Shown in pieces: positions 18,326 to 27,565 of a DNA stretch of 64,000 nt (position 1 is the first letter of the stretch; every line of letters starts with the position of its first letter). The stretch is from NCBI GenBank assembly GCA_012838475.1, contig DUPE01000195.1, positions 15,748-79,747 on the forward strand, written 5' to 3'. Made by a program: the position numbers and the translations under genes. The notes under the pieces were generated by a model. It was not told the origin of the DNA. It ran no database searches and worked only from the letters and a program-made list of their open reading frames with translations. This stretch comes from Clostridiaceae bacterium (GTDB lineage: Bacteria; Bacillota; Clostridia; Saccharofermentanales; DTU023).

Positions 18326-21300
18326 ATGACAAGTAAAGAGAGATCAGATAACATCCTATCGCGGCAAGAGAACTCGCGAATAGACAGTCCCAAGATAGTC
18401 TCACCGCAGCAAGTAAATATGCAGCAGCCGGAGCAACAGCCGCCAGAACGTCTGCAGGCTAAGCATAGGCATGATTTGGACTCTTCACCGCCTTTGGATC
18501 TGTGGCTGGAAAAAGCCATGACAGACCGCGCCTTTAGCGACTTCTTATCTGCCATATCCCGCAGCAAGAATGATGAGGGAATTTCTATCCCCGCTCATAA
18601 AGCGGTTAATTTGATTGGACCATCCGACCCGCAAAAGTCTTATTTGCAAGCTCTGGTATATGAGGAGGAAAGGTCTCCTTTCTGGGTGCTGGTCGCGGAT
18701 GAGTTGCGTGCTCGTTTGGCTGCTCAGGAGCTTAGAGCATTTCTGGGTGACGGCGTCTTTGTCTTTAGTTCACGCGATCTCCACCTGTTGGACGCCAAAG
18801 CGGCATCCAGGGATCAGGAGCGGCGCCGTCTAGCAATTTTGCAGCGCATTCGTTCCGGAGATTACAAGGCCTTGGTCGTTTCCGCTGCTTCTCTTTTGAA
18901 CAAGTTGCCTTCTCCGGAGGTTTACGGCAAGGCGGAAATTGAACTGGCGCAAGGAGACATTATTGCCCCTGAAGAGTTGAGCAAGCGTCTGGCTGCAGCC
19001 GGTTATGAAAAGGCTAAGCTGGCAGATCAATCCGGTCAGTTTGCCAGACATGGGGACGTGATAGATATTATCATCACTTCGGCAGCAGCTGAATTACCGC
19101 CTATCGGTTTGCGCGTTTCCTTCTTCGATATTGAAATTGATGACCTCCGCCTGATTGATTTGGAAACTCAGCGTTCCACGGGTACTGTCAAAAGCTTTGT
19201 TATCCCGCCCGCGAGAGAATTGATCCTGGAGGAAAACCGAATAGACCAGCTCGCTGCTGAGATTAGAGATGCCGGGGAGGAAGCGGCTCGTTCTGCTTTG
19301 CAACAGGGTGGTTCGAGGTCGGATTATGAGCGTTTGCGGCTTTTAGGCTCGAGAGACGCGGAGAGACTGCAGGGGCAGATTCCTTTTGCAGCGCTGGACC
19401 GCTGGCTGCCTTTGATTTATCCGGACAGTGCCTGTATCTTCGATTACGCCTCATCGGCGACCCGTTTCTGGCTGGATGAAATGGCGAAGTTCAGCAAGCT
19501 GTTGGATGCTGAACACGCTAGCTGGATTCAGGAATTGGCTGCAAATATTGAGAATAGCCATGCTCTGCCACTCACGGAAGCAGCCCGGGGGAATCCTTCT
19601 ACAGTTAGACGCCGAATTGATCAGCGTGGCAGCTTTATCTCAATGGCTCAGATTGATTCTGCGGGCAACGGCCTGCCTGGAGCTAAAAAGTTAAAATTGG
19701 GCGGCAGGGTGCAAGATCATTACAAAGGACGTGAGGAAAACCTCTACATCGATCTTGCTTCTTGGCGAGATGCGGGGCATGAGACAGCGTTGTTTGCCGG
19801 CTCGGCCAGTCGCAGGGAACAATTGGATAAGCGCCTTCGACAACACAATCTCTATCATGCCTTTGCCTCGCAAGAAACCTTAATCCAAGGATTCTTCTGG
19901 CCGGAGGGCAGAATTTCGGTTCTAGGGTCGCAAGATCTCTTTGGTATCGATAAGCCTGCCAGAAGGAGAAAGTACGGCGGCGGTCAGGTTATCAGCTTGT
20001 TTTCCGATCTGGAGCCGGGAGAGCTGGTAGTGCATGAGGATCACGGCATTGCCAAATACAGGAATCTGAAGAAGATCAGGTCGTCGAGCGGCGAGCGCGA
20101 TTATCTGCATTTACAATATGCGGACGGAGATCTGTATATTCCGGTAGATGCCCTCGACCAAATCCGCAAATATATCAGCACAGATGAACGAAAGCCGCGT
20201 TTGTCAAAGTTGGGCGGTACGGAATGGGAGCGTCAGAAGACTAAGGCTCGCGAGTCGATCAAGAGGCTGGCGACCGACTTGGTAGCTCTTTATGCAAAGA
20301 GGAGGCAGATCAAGGGTTATGCTTTCTCTCCGGATACTGTTTGGCAGCGGGAGTTTGAAGAGGCTTTTCCCTTTGAAGAGACAGAGGATCAACTGCGGGT
20401 AATCGCGGAGATTAAACACGACATGGAAGAGCCGCATGTGATGGAACGTCTACTCTGCGGAGATGTCGGTTTTGGTAAGACGGAAGTTTGTTTCCGTGCG
20501 CTCTTCAAATGCATTATGGATAACAAACAGGCAGCTTTGCTGGCACCTACGACTGTGTTGACTCAGCAGCATTACAATAAGCTCTGTGAGAGGATGGGAG
20601 ACTTGCCCGCCAATATCAGAATGCTTAGCCGCTTTGTCCCTGAACAAGAGCAAAAGAAAACTTTGGAAGATCTACGGAAAGGCAAAGTTGACATAATTAT
20701 TGGAACGCACAGACTGCTGTCGCAGGATGTAGTCTTTTCTGACCTGGGTCTTCTGGTTATTGATGAAGAGCAGCGTTTTGGTGTCGATCATAAGGAACTG
20801 ATTAAGGAGCGCTATCCGGCTTTGGATGTGCTGAGTTTGACTGCGACACCTATTCCCCGTACTTTGCATATGTCGCTTTCCGGCATCAGGGATATTTCGT
20901 TGTTGGAGGAAGGTCCGGAGGACCGTCGTCCGATTCAGACATATGTGATGGAATACGATGAAAATGTAGCTGTCGAGGCTATTTTACGCGAGACCGGCCG
21001 TGGCGGCCAGAGCTTCTATTTGTTTAACAATACGTATAAGATCGAAGATAGAGCAGCCGGACTGCGGGAGTTACTGCCCGGCGTGCGCATTGTGACTGCG
21101 CATGGCAAGATGTCGGAACACCACCTCGAGCAGGTGATCTCGGATTTCATCGCAGGTGATTACGACGTTTTAGTATGCACAACAATCATCGAATCAGGTA
21201 TTGACATGCCTAATGTCAATACCATCGTGGTTGAAAATGCGGACAGACTGGGCATGGCACAGCTATACCAGATCAGAGGCAGAGTTGGACGTTCCGAGAG

Positions 21301-22033
21301 ACAGGCATATGCCTACATCACCTATCCTCAAGACAAAGTTCTGACTGAGACCGCAGAGAAACGCCTGGTGGCTATTCGCGACTATACTGAGTTGGGCTCA
21401 GGCTTTAAGATTGCCTTGCGCGACCTCGAGGTGCGCGGTGCAGGAAATCTGCTCGGCGCAGAGCAAAGCGGCAATCTGGGTGCTGTCGGCTACGACCTAT
21501 ATTGCAAAATGATGGACGAAGCCGTCAAAGTGCTGACCGGGGTGGAGACCGAGCCCGCGCCTGCTCATGCTCTGGTTGAACTTGAAGTTGACGCCTTCTT
21601 GTCCGAGCGTTACATCCGTGACAACGGACAAAGGATTGATATGTACCGGAGGATCGCTGAGCTTGAGACAGCTGCTTGTTACCGGGATGTGCTGGATGAG
21701 TTGACTGACCGCTACGGTGACTTGCCTGTAGAAGCGCTGACCCTCTGTGATATTGCCTATATCAGATCTTTCGCCGGACGTGCCGGTTTCTCAAGAGTTT
21801 CAGTTCGAGGGCATGATGTAATATTCAGTTTTACTGAAGATGGCAGATCGGATATGGATCTTGTCTCCCGCATCATGGCCGTGGAGAAAGAGAAGAATCA
21901 CTTACAGTTTCAAGCCGGTCATAAGCCACAAATTATTTTTCAGCAAGCAGCCAGAGCGCATAAAGATATGGCTACAAGAATCAGACAACTTTTCTTGGCT
22001 GCCGAAGAGAAAGCCGCTACTAAGGCGAGCTGA
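18326..22033 (+). CDS. mfd: Transcription-repair coupling factor Mfd
   Basis: Superfamily-2 helicase motifs (GDVGFGKTE, DEEQRFG, LSLTATPIPRT, QLYQIRGRVGR) and a CarD-like region. The start is uncertain: homology to Mfd N-termini begins near ATG 18518. Confidence 0.9.
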   Translation: MTSKERSDNILSRQENSRIDSPKIVSPQQVNMQQPEQQPPERLQAKHRHDLDSSPPLDLWLEKAMTDRAFSDFLSAISRSKNDEGISIPAHKAVNLIGPSDPQKSYLQALVYEEERSPFWVLVADELRARLAAQELRAFLGDGVFVFSSRDLHLLDAKAASRDQERRRLAILQRIRSGDYKALVVSAASLLNKLPSPEVYGKAEIELAQGDIIAPEELSKRLAAAGYEKAKLADQSGQFARHGDVIDIIITSAAAELPPIGLRVSFFDIEIDDLRLIDLETQRSTGTVKSFVIPPARELILEENRIDQLAAEIRDAGEEAARSALQQGGSRSDYERLRLLGSRDAERLQGQIPFAALDRWLPLIYPDSACIFDYASSATRFWLDEMAKFSKLLDAEHASWIQELAANIENSHALPLTEAARGNPSTVRRRIDQRGSFISMAQIDSAGNGLPGAKKLKLGGRVQDHYKGREENLYIDLASWRDAGHETALFAGSASRREQLDKRLRQHNLYHAFASQETLIQGFFWPEGRISVLGSQDLFGIDKPARRRKYGGGQVISLFSDLEPGELVVHEDHGIAKYRNLKKIRSSSGERDYLHLQYADGDLYIPVDALDQIRKYISTDERKPRLSKLGGTEWERQKTKARESIKRLATDLVALYAKRRQIKGYAFSPDTVWQREFEEAFPFEETEDQLRVIAEIKHDMEEPHVMERLLCGDVGFGKTEVCFRALFKCIMDNKQAALLAPTTVLTQQHYNKLCERMGDLPANIRMLSRFVPEQEQKKTLEDLRKGKVDIIIGTHRLLSQDVVFSDLGLLVIDEEQRFGVDHKELIKERYPALDVLSLTATPIPRTLHMSLSGIRDISLLEEGPEDRRPIQTYVMEYDENVAVEAILRETGRGGQSFYLFNNTYKIEDRAAGLRELLPGVRIVTAHGKMSEHHLEQVISDFIAGDYDVLVCTTIIESGIDMPNVNTIVVENADRLGMAQLYQIRGRVGRSERQAYAYITYPQDKVLTETAEKRLVAIRDYTELGSGFKIALRDLEVRGAGNLLGAEQSGNLGAVGYDLYCKMMDEAVKVLTGVETEPAPAHALVELEVDAFLSERYIRDNGQRIDMYRRIAELETAACYRDVLDELTDRYGDLPVEALTLCDIAYIRSFAGRAGFSRVSVRGHDVIFSFTEDGRSDMDLVSRIMAVEKEKNHLQFQAGHKPQIIFQQAARAHKDMATRIRQLFLAAEEKAATKAS

Positions 22034-22170
22034 TTTTGACTGCCGCAGAGAAAGTCGCTGCTAAGGCGAGCTGATTTTGGCTACCGCAGAGAAAGCCGCT
22101 ACTAAGGCGAGCTGATTTTGGCTGCTGCAGAGAAAGCCGCTACTAAGGCGAGCTGATTTTGACCGCCGGA
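21990..22170. repeat. 41-bp tandem repeat of about 4.4 copies. The first copy is the 3' end of mfd including its TGA.
   Basis: The string taaggcgagctgatttt recurs at 22021, 22062, 22103 and 22144, an exact 41-bp period. The array fills the whole spacer to the convergent GDPD gene. Confidence 0.95.
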
Positions 22171-22174
22171 AGGC

Positions 22175-22939
22175 TCATAGCATGGAAAGTACTAAAGCGG
22201 GATAATCTGAGATGATAACGTGCGGCTTCTTTCGGATCATCTGTGCGATATCCTTTTTCTCGTTCACCGTCCAGGTCACCACTTGAATATTATTGCGGCG
22301 GCACAAAGAAGTATAGCCCGGGATTTTCAGAATCCGATAGTGTGGATTTAAGGCGCAGAGTCCAAGATTCCTGGTTAGCCAGACCGGCCTTGTCAGCGGA
22401 TAAGCAAGTAAAAGCGCACAGCGATCAGGATCGGTAAGCTTGGTCAATTTGAAGACACTCTCAGTATTAAATGACGAATACAAAATGCGCTCTTCCATCT
22501 TGCTTTGACTGGTCAAATTGATCACATCTGCTTCCAGATCCGGATAGTCAAAGACGCCGTTCTTAAGTTCAATGTTTAGACGGAGATTGGTAGGCTCCAG
22601 CAGTTCCAGTACTTCCTTCAGCAGGGGCATCCTTTCGATACCGCCATGTGTCATTGATACATTTACTCCCTTGAGCTGAGACCAGTTGCTCTGATTGACG
22701 AAAATGTCTTTGCCTGCCACGCGCAAAAGATTCTCATCATGTGTTACTACCAGCTCGCCATCCAGACTGCGTTGTACATCCAGCTCAATCCCATCTACAC
22801 CTGTTTCGATCGCTTTTATAAAGGCAGGCAGAGTGTTTTCTGCACTTTCCGTCCTGACGCCTCGATGCGACCAGACTTCGATTTTTCTTTTCTCCGGCAT
22901 ATCTGCACTCCCTGCCAATCTGATCGGCTCGATGGTCAT
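22175..22939 (-). CDS. Glycerophosphodiester phosphodiesterase family protein
   Basis: VWSHRGV...ENTLPAF...GVDGIELDVQRSLDGELVVTHD is typical of the GDPD fold. Confidence 0.8.
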   Translation of the reverse strand: MTIEPIRLAGSADMPEKRKIEVWSHRGVRTESAENTLPAFIKAIETGVDGIELDVQRSLDGELVVTHDENLLRVAGKDIFVNQSNWSQLKGVNVSMTHGGIERMPLLKEVLELLEPTNLRLNIELKNGVFDYPDLEADVINLTSQSKMEERILYSSFNTESVFKLTKLTDPDRCALLLAYPLTRPVWLTRNLGLCALNPHYRILKIPGYTSLCRRNNIQVVTWTVNEKKDIAQMIRKKPHVIISDYPALVLSML

Positions 22940-23225
22940 GCCGCGGACATTTTCGCCATCTTATAGTTCATCTGACCATCAGCCCGAATATATTACGCTA
23001 ATGTACATTATACGGAACTGCTACATATTCATTATCATACGGAATTGCGAGCCGATCAAATGTTTCTTTCGTCTGGAAGCGTCAAGTATCCAGCGAATGT
23101 CCGATTGCGCTTTGTCTGCAGTGCAATTAGACTGCGTTACTATTCACTTGCGATGCATTGAGACAACGCTGCGATCCATGCGATTCACCTGTTTTTTAAT
23201 TGCCTTCTACAGGTATAATAGGGAC

Positions 23226-23921
23226 ATGAAAATTATCTTAGCCAGCAATTCACCCCGACGTCGTGAGCTGCTAACTCTCAGTGGCTATTCTTTTCAGACA
23301 CTGACTGAGGCAGTTGATGAAGAAAGCATTCAAGAGCAGGTATTGAAGGAATACTCTTCATTGCCTGCAACAGCTCTCCATTTCGAATTGGTAAAGCGCC
23401 TCGCACTGGCCAAGGCTGAGGCCCTCCTTCCGGCTCACGCACCTTTGGATATCTGTCCGGTCCAAAAGTTAAGCAAATTACCGGACTTTATTGCTGAGGG
23501 CGATAAGCATCAGTACGTCATCCTGGGAGCAGACACTATAGTTTGTCTGAAAGAAGAGATACTCGGAAAACCGTGCGACTTAGAAGTGGCTGAGACTATG
23601 TTGCGCAACCTCGCCGGCAAAACTCATTTAGTCCATACAGGGGTAACCCTCCTGACGGTTTCGCCTGACGGCGTACTGAGCTGGGAAGACAGCTTTGTAA
23701 ATACCACGGAGGTAACATTTTTTCCTTTAGACGCTCCTCTGGAAGCAAGGATCAAAGAATACGTGACCAGTGGTGTGCCTATGGATAAGGCCGGAGCTTA
23801 CGGGATTCAAGACCACGGTGCTGTCTTTATTTCAGGTATCAAGGGTGACTACTATAATGTGATGGGACTTCCTTTGTCTCGAGTCGCCCGCCTGTTGGAT
23901 CGTCTCAGCACCAGAGGATAA
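23226..23921 (+). CDS. maf: Maf-family nucleoside triphosphate pyrophosphatase (septum formation protein Maf)
   Basis: MKIILASNSPRRRELL...GADTIV...KAGAYGIQ. The ORF is open from 22695, but that upstream part is antisense to the GDPD gene. Confidence 0.8.
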   Translation: MKIILASNSPRRRELLTLSGYSFQTLTEAVDEESIQEQVLKEYSSLPATALHFELVKRLALAKAEALLPAHAPLDICPVQKLSKLPDFIAEGDKHQYVILGADTIVCLKEEILGKPCDLEVAETMLRNLAGKTHLVHTGVTLLTVSPDGVLSWEDSFVNTTEVTFFPLDAPLEARIKEYVTSGVPMDKAGAYGIQDHGAVFISGIKGDYYNVMGLPLSRVARLLDRLSTRG

Positions 23922-25090
23922 TGGTTGTGATAATCAGGCTGGCAAAAATTTTAATTAAGAATCATGAACAGGTCGAAGACACAAAAGTTAGACAGGACTA
24001 TGGCAGGCTGATGTCCAGCCTCGGTATTGCCAGTAACCTCCTCTTGTCGGCAATTAAGTTTATTGCCGGAACCATCACAGGCAGTATCGCTATTACATCA
24101 GATGCCTGGAACAATGCTACGGATTCGATTGCCTCAGTAGTTGCGCTTGTCTCCTTTAAGCTATCCGCCAAACCTCCGGATAAAAAGCATCCCTATGGAC
24201 ACGCCCGCTTTGAGTACATTGCCTCATCACTTGTCGCCTTGATCATTATTCTAGTCGCCTGGGAACTGTTCAAAACTTCCATAGGAAGAGTAATCAATCC
24301 TCAGCAAATCGCGTTGGATTATCTTGTGGTCGTAATTCTTATCCTCTCGATTCTGATCAAGCTGTGGCAGTGGCAAAGCTACAGACAAACGGGAAAGCTG
24401 ATCGACTCGCAGGTCTTTCGAGCTACCTCCGTGGACAGCCTCGGAGATGCGATAACTACTGCTTCGGTCCTGGTAGGTACGTTGATTGCCCATTTCAGCG
24501 GATTAATGCTGGATGGCTGGATCGGACTGCTGGTCTCATTGTTCATTTTTTGGTCCGGCTTCAATATTTTGCGGGAGACCGCCACTTCTCTGCTCGGAGG
24601 AGCTCCCCCGGAAGATTTGGTAAAGGCGCTGGAAGATAAGATTCTTTCTTATCCTGAAGTTTTTGGGATGCATGATCTTCTAATACATGACTATGGACCT
24701 GGCAAGATGTTCGCCTCAGTACATGTTGAGATCGACGCCAACCTGGAGTCTATGGACAGTCACGAACTGATCGACCGGATTGAAAGAGATGTTTTCGCCG
24801 GCAGTGGTGTTCACCTTATAATCCATCTGGATCCTGTGCTTACCGATGATCCTCAGTTGGACGACTACAGAGAGAAGATTGGCAAGACGATTATTGCTGT
24901 CTCCTCGGATTTCCGTCTGCATGACTTTAGACTTATGCGTAGCGAAGAAGGCAACATAATCCTTTTTGATTTGGAAGTACCCGGTGATTATCCTCACGAA
25001 GAAGAAAGCATCAAACATGATTTGCAGAAGCGAATCAAAGCTGAGAATCCGGGTATAAGCTGTCTTATCACAATTGATCGTTATTATTAG
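23921..25090 (+). CDS. Cation diffusion facilitator (CDF) family metal efflux transporter
   Basis: Six TM helices with AITSDAWNNATD and a C-terminal cytoplasmic domain. The ATG overlaps the maf stop (TAATG). Confidence 0.8.
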   Translation: MVVIIRLAKILIKNHEQVEDTKVRQDYGRLMSSLGIASNLLLSAIKFIAGTITGSIAITSDAWNNATDSIASVVALVSFKLSAKPPDKKHPYGHARFEYIASSLVALIIILVAWELFKTSIGRVINPQQIALDYLVVVILILSILIKLWQWQSYRQTGKLIDSQVFRATSVDSLGDAITTASVLVGTLIAHFSGLMLDGWIGLLVSLFIFWSGFNILRETATSLLGGAPPEDLVKALEDKILSYPEVFGMHDLLIHDYGPGKMFASVHVEIDANLESMDSHELIDRIERDVFAGSGVHLIIHLDPVLTDDPQLDDYREKIGKTIIAVSSDFRLHDFRLMRSEEGNIILFDLEVPGDYPHEEESIKHDLQKRIKAENPGISCLITIDRYY

Positions 25091-25147
25091 CAGAAAAATT
25101 TGCGCGCTGCCATAAGTCAACAATTCTAAGCGATTTGACATATTAAT

Positions 25148-25176
25148 TTGACATTCACAGAGCGAATTGTTATCAT
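25148..25176 (+). promoter_or_regulatory. SigA-type promoter of the ctsR operon
   Basis: -35 TTGACA (25148-25153), 17-bp spacer, TG-extended -10 TATCAT (25171-25176). Confidence 0.6.
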
Positions 25177-25179
25177 TGA

Positions 25180-25196
25180 GGACAAAGATAGTCAAA
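25180..25196 (+). promoter_or_regulatory. CtsR operator (direct heptad repeat)
   Basis: GGACAAAGATAGTCAAA versus the consensus RGTCAAAnanRGTCAAA, with one mismatch. It lies immediately downstream of the -10. Confidence 0.65.
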
Positions 25197-25340
25197 GTCT
25201 AAATCCCCCCCTTTTTCTTACCCTAGGCTATATGATTCAGTTAAGAAGACGAGATGGATTATGCAGGGATAAAGCAGGACTTAGGCAGGGATCTGGGAGA
25301 AATATTATAGATAGTATTGTAGCGGAATGAGGATAGAAGA

Positions 25341-25805
25341 ATGTCAAATATTAGTGACCGCATTGAGCGAATGATAGATGATTTACTTGACCGGCATGAT
25401 GGCACGGTAGAAATCTCGCGCAATAGACTTGCAGAGGAAATCAGTGTGGTGCCTTCACAGATTAGTTATGTGCTTAGCACGCGCTTTACCAGCAGTCACG
25501 GTTATGTGGTTGAGAGCAGACGCGGCGGGGGCGGTTCTATTACGATCAGAAGAATTAATACATCTTCTCCCGCTCGTGCGATCTTGCATCTTGTTCAGGA
25601 GATGCCGGAGTCAAACTCCCAGCAGCAAGCTTGTCAAATTATCTCCGGCTTGCTGCGGTCAGAATTGATTGATGAGCCTATGGCGGAAGTCTTTAAAGCT
25701 GCAATGTCTGATCTGGCCTACAGGAAAGTAGACAGACAGCTGGCAGATCAGGTGCGCAGCCAGGTGTTGCAAAACACGTTAGCTGTGCTGGCCACTTTGG
25801 TATAG
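25341..25805 (+). CDS. ctsR: Class III stress gene repressor CtsR
   Basis: 154 aa. The N-terminus MSNISDRIERMIDDLL...SQISYVLSTRFT...GYVVESRRGGGG (glycine-rich loop) is typical of CtsR. Confidence 0.9.
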   Translation: MSNISDRIERMIDDLLDRHDGTVEISRNRLAEEISVVPSQISYVLSTRFTSSHGYVVESRRGGGGSITIRRINTSSPARAILHLVQEMPESNSQQQACQIISGLLRSELIDEPMAEVFKAAMSDLAYRKVDRQLADQVRSQVLQNTLAVLATLV

Positions 25806-25817
25806 GAGGGTCTAGCT

Positions 25818-26411
25818 ATGATATGTGATCAATGCAATGTCAATGATGCCAGTATCCAAATGCGTCTGACACGCAATGGCGAAACAATCGACCTCAATCT
25901 CTGTCCCACCTGTGCTGCTAAAATGCAAACAGTAGGTGGTGCGCTGCCCTCCCTGTTTGATTCGTTCTTCAGTCCAAGCTGGCCGAGCAGCGATCATTTG
26001 ACACCGGCAATGTTTGGCTTAGATTTTGACAGAGAGCAGGGTCAACTGCATAGACAGACAAAAGCTTGTCCTGTTTGTGGTCAACGCTATGAAGATTTTA
26101 GAAAGACAGGACTTTTAGGATGCGCAGCCTGCTATGAGACTTTCAAACCATGGTTGGAGCAAGTCTTGAAGCGTGTGCAAAGAGATACAAGACACATTGG
26201 ACACAGACCGGGCTTGGCAGCCAATACTGAGAGCTCCTCAGAGGATGTGAACAATAAGAATCAGAAGGACATAGAAGGTATCAGTGCCAAGGCAGCTGAA
26301 CCTAAAGATAAATTATCTGTCCTGAAAATGGAACTGTCACAGGCAGTGGAAGCTGAGGATTATCACAGAGCGGCTCAGCTTAGAGACCAGATTCAAGGTT
26401 TAGAGGCGTAG
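25818..26411 (+). CDS. mcsA: Protein-arginine kinase activator McsA
   Basis: Two CxxC Zn-finger pairs (CDQC..CPTC and CPVCG..CAAC) and a C-terminal UVR motif (EDYHRAAQLRDQI). Confidence 0.85.
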   Translation: MICDQCNVNDASIQMRLTRNGETIDLNLCPTCAAKMQTVGGALPSLFDSFFSPSWPSSDHLTPAMFGLDFDREQGQLHRQTKACPVCGQRYEDFRKTGLLGCAACYETFKPWLEQVLKRVQRDTRHIGHRPGLAANTESSSEDVNNKNQKDIEGISAKAAEPKDKLSVLKMELSQAVEAEDYHRAAQLRDQIQGLEA

Positions 26412-26420
26412 GAGGGAGAT

Positions 26421-27470
26421 ATGGCTTGGTATATTGAGAACGGACCTAAGCAAGAAACAGTATTATCGACTCGTGTTCGTATTGCCCGCAACCTCCAGGA
26501 AATGCCTTTTCCTAACCGGATGAATCCGGTGCAGGAAAGCGAAGCGGAAAAACTGATTGAGAATACCTTTCTTAGTCTTGACATGAGTAAGCCGCGCACC
26601 AATTGGAGCATAGTCAGACTAGAGGAATTGGGCAAGATGCAAAAACTCGCTCTGGCTGAGAAACATCTGCTCTCCAAACGTATGCTGGAACCGGGGTGTG
26701 GCAAGACTTTAATTATTAACAAAGCTGAGAACTTGAGCATGATGATTCTTGAAGAAGACCATATCAGAGTTCAAGCCATGTCTGCCGGCCTTGATTTGGC
26801 AAAAGCGTATAAAGAAGCCACTAATTTGACCTTTAATCTGGAAGAGAAGATACCCATGGCCTGGAGTGATGATTACGGCTTTCTTACAGCTTGCCCGACC
26901 AATACCGGTACCGGATTAAGAGCTTCTGTGATGCTGTTCCTGCCTGGGCTGATCAGGACAGATCGGATGCGTTATATGACCGACATATTAGGCAAGGCCG
27001 GGTATGCAGTTCGTGGTAGCAGTGGTGAAGGCAGTAAGATTATGGGATACAGGATCCAGATTTCTAACCAGCTTACCTTGGGATTGTCTGAAGAAGAAAT
27101 CCTCCGTGATCTACAGCATTTGGTGGATAACCTTATAGAAAAGGAAGAGGAATCGCGCATCAAGCTCCTGCAGGCAGATAAATTAGGGCTCGAAGATAAG
27201 GTTTTTCGTTCACGCGGTATTTTAGAAAATGCCAGGCGCATTAGTTACGAAGAAGCGGTAAATCTATTGGCTGATCTGAGGCTTGGTTTAAGTCTGGGAC
27301 TTATTAGTGAGGGTTTATCGCTGGTATCTTTAAACCGACTGGACACAAATATTGGCAATGCCAGTTTGCAACAGATCTGCGGAAAAGCATTGATTGACTG
27401 TGAGCTCGACGAGAGTCGCGCCAGGCTGATAAGAGAAGAGCTGAAAGGCCCGGACCGTCGCACCAGATAA
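26421..27470 (+). CDS. mcsB: Protein-arginine kinase McsB
   Basis: ATP:guanido phosphotransferase core (RVRIARNL, GFLTACPTNTGTGLRASVM). Confidence 0.9.
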   Translation: MAWYIENGPKQETVLSTRVRIARNLQEMPFPNRMNPVQESEAEKLIENTFLSLDMSKPRTNWSIVRLEELGKMQKLALAEKHLLSKRMLEPGCGKTLIINKAENLSMMILEEDHIRVQAMSAGLDLAKAYKEATNLTFNLEEKIPMAWSDDYGFLTACPTNTGTGLRASVMLFLPGLIRTDRMRYMTDILGKAGYAVRGSSGEGSKIMGYRIQISNQLTLGLSEEEILRDLQHLVDNLIEKEEESRIKLLQADKLGLEDKVFRSRGILENARRISYEEAVNLLADLRLGLSLGLISEGLSLVSLNRLDTNIGNASLQQICGKALIDCELDESRARLIREELKGPDRRTR

Positions 27471-27565
27471 TACCTGAAAATCAGGGATTTCATATTCAGC
27501 GGACCGTTAGTCAGTGTTGTGCTATTTCTGAGTCCGCAAAAAATTAAAATAAGAAGGTGATAAAT

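Noticed and set aside
22695-23225. The first 177 codons of the 408-aa + strand ORF that ends as Maf.
   Set aside because: This part is antisense to the well-supported GDPD gene and then runs through the divergent promoter region. Its composition is low-complexity. Maf homology starts exactly at the Met at 23226.
25132-25153. The tandem atttgacat motifs upstream of ctsR, considered as the CtsR operator (reverse complement TGTCAAA...TGTCAAA).
   Set aside because: The heptads are 13 nt apart start to start, not the 10 nt of the CtsR consensus. The downstream GGACAAAGATAGTCAAA fits properly. The second TTGACA is better explained as the -35 box.
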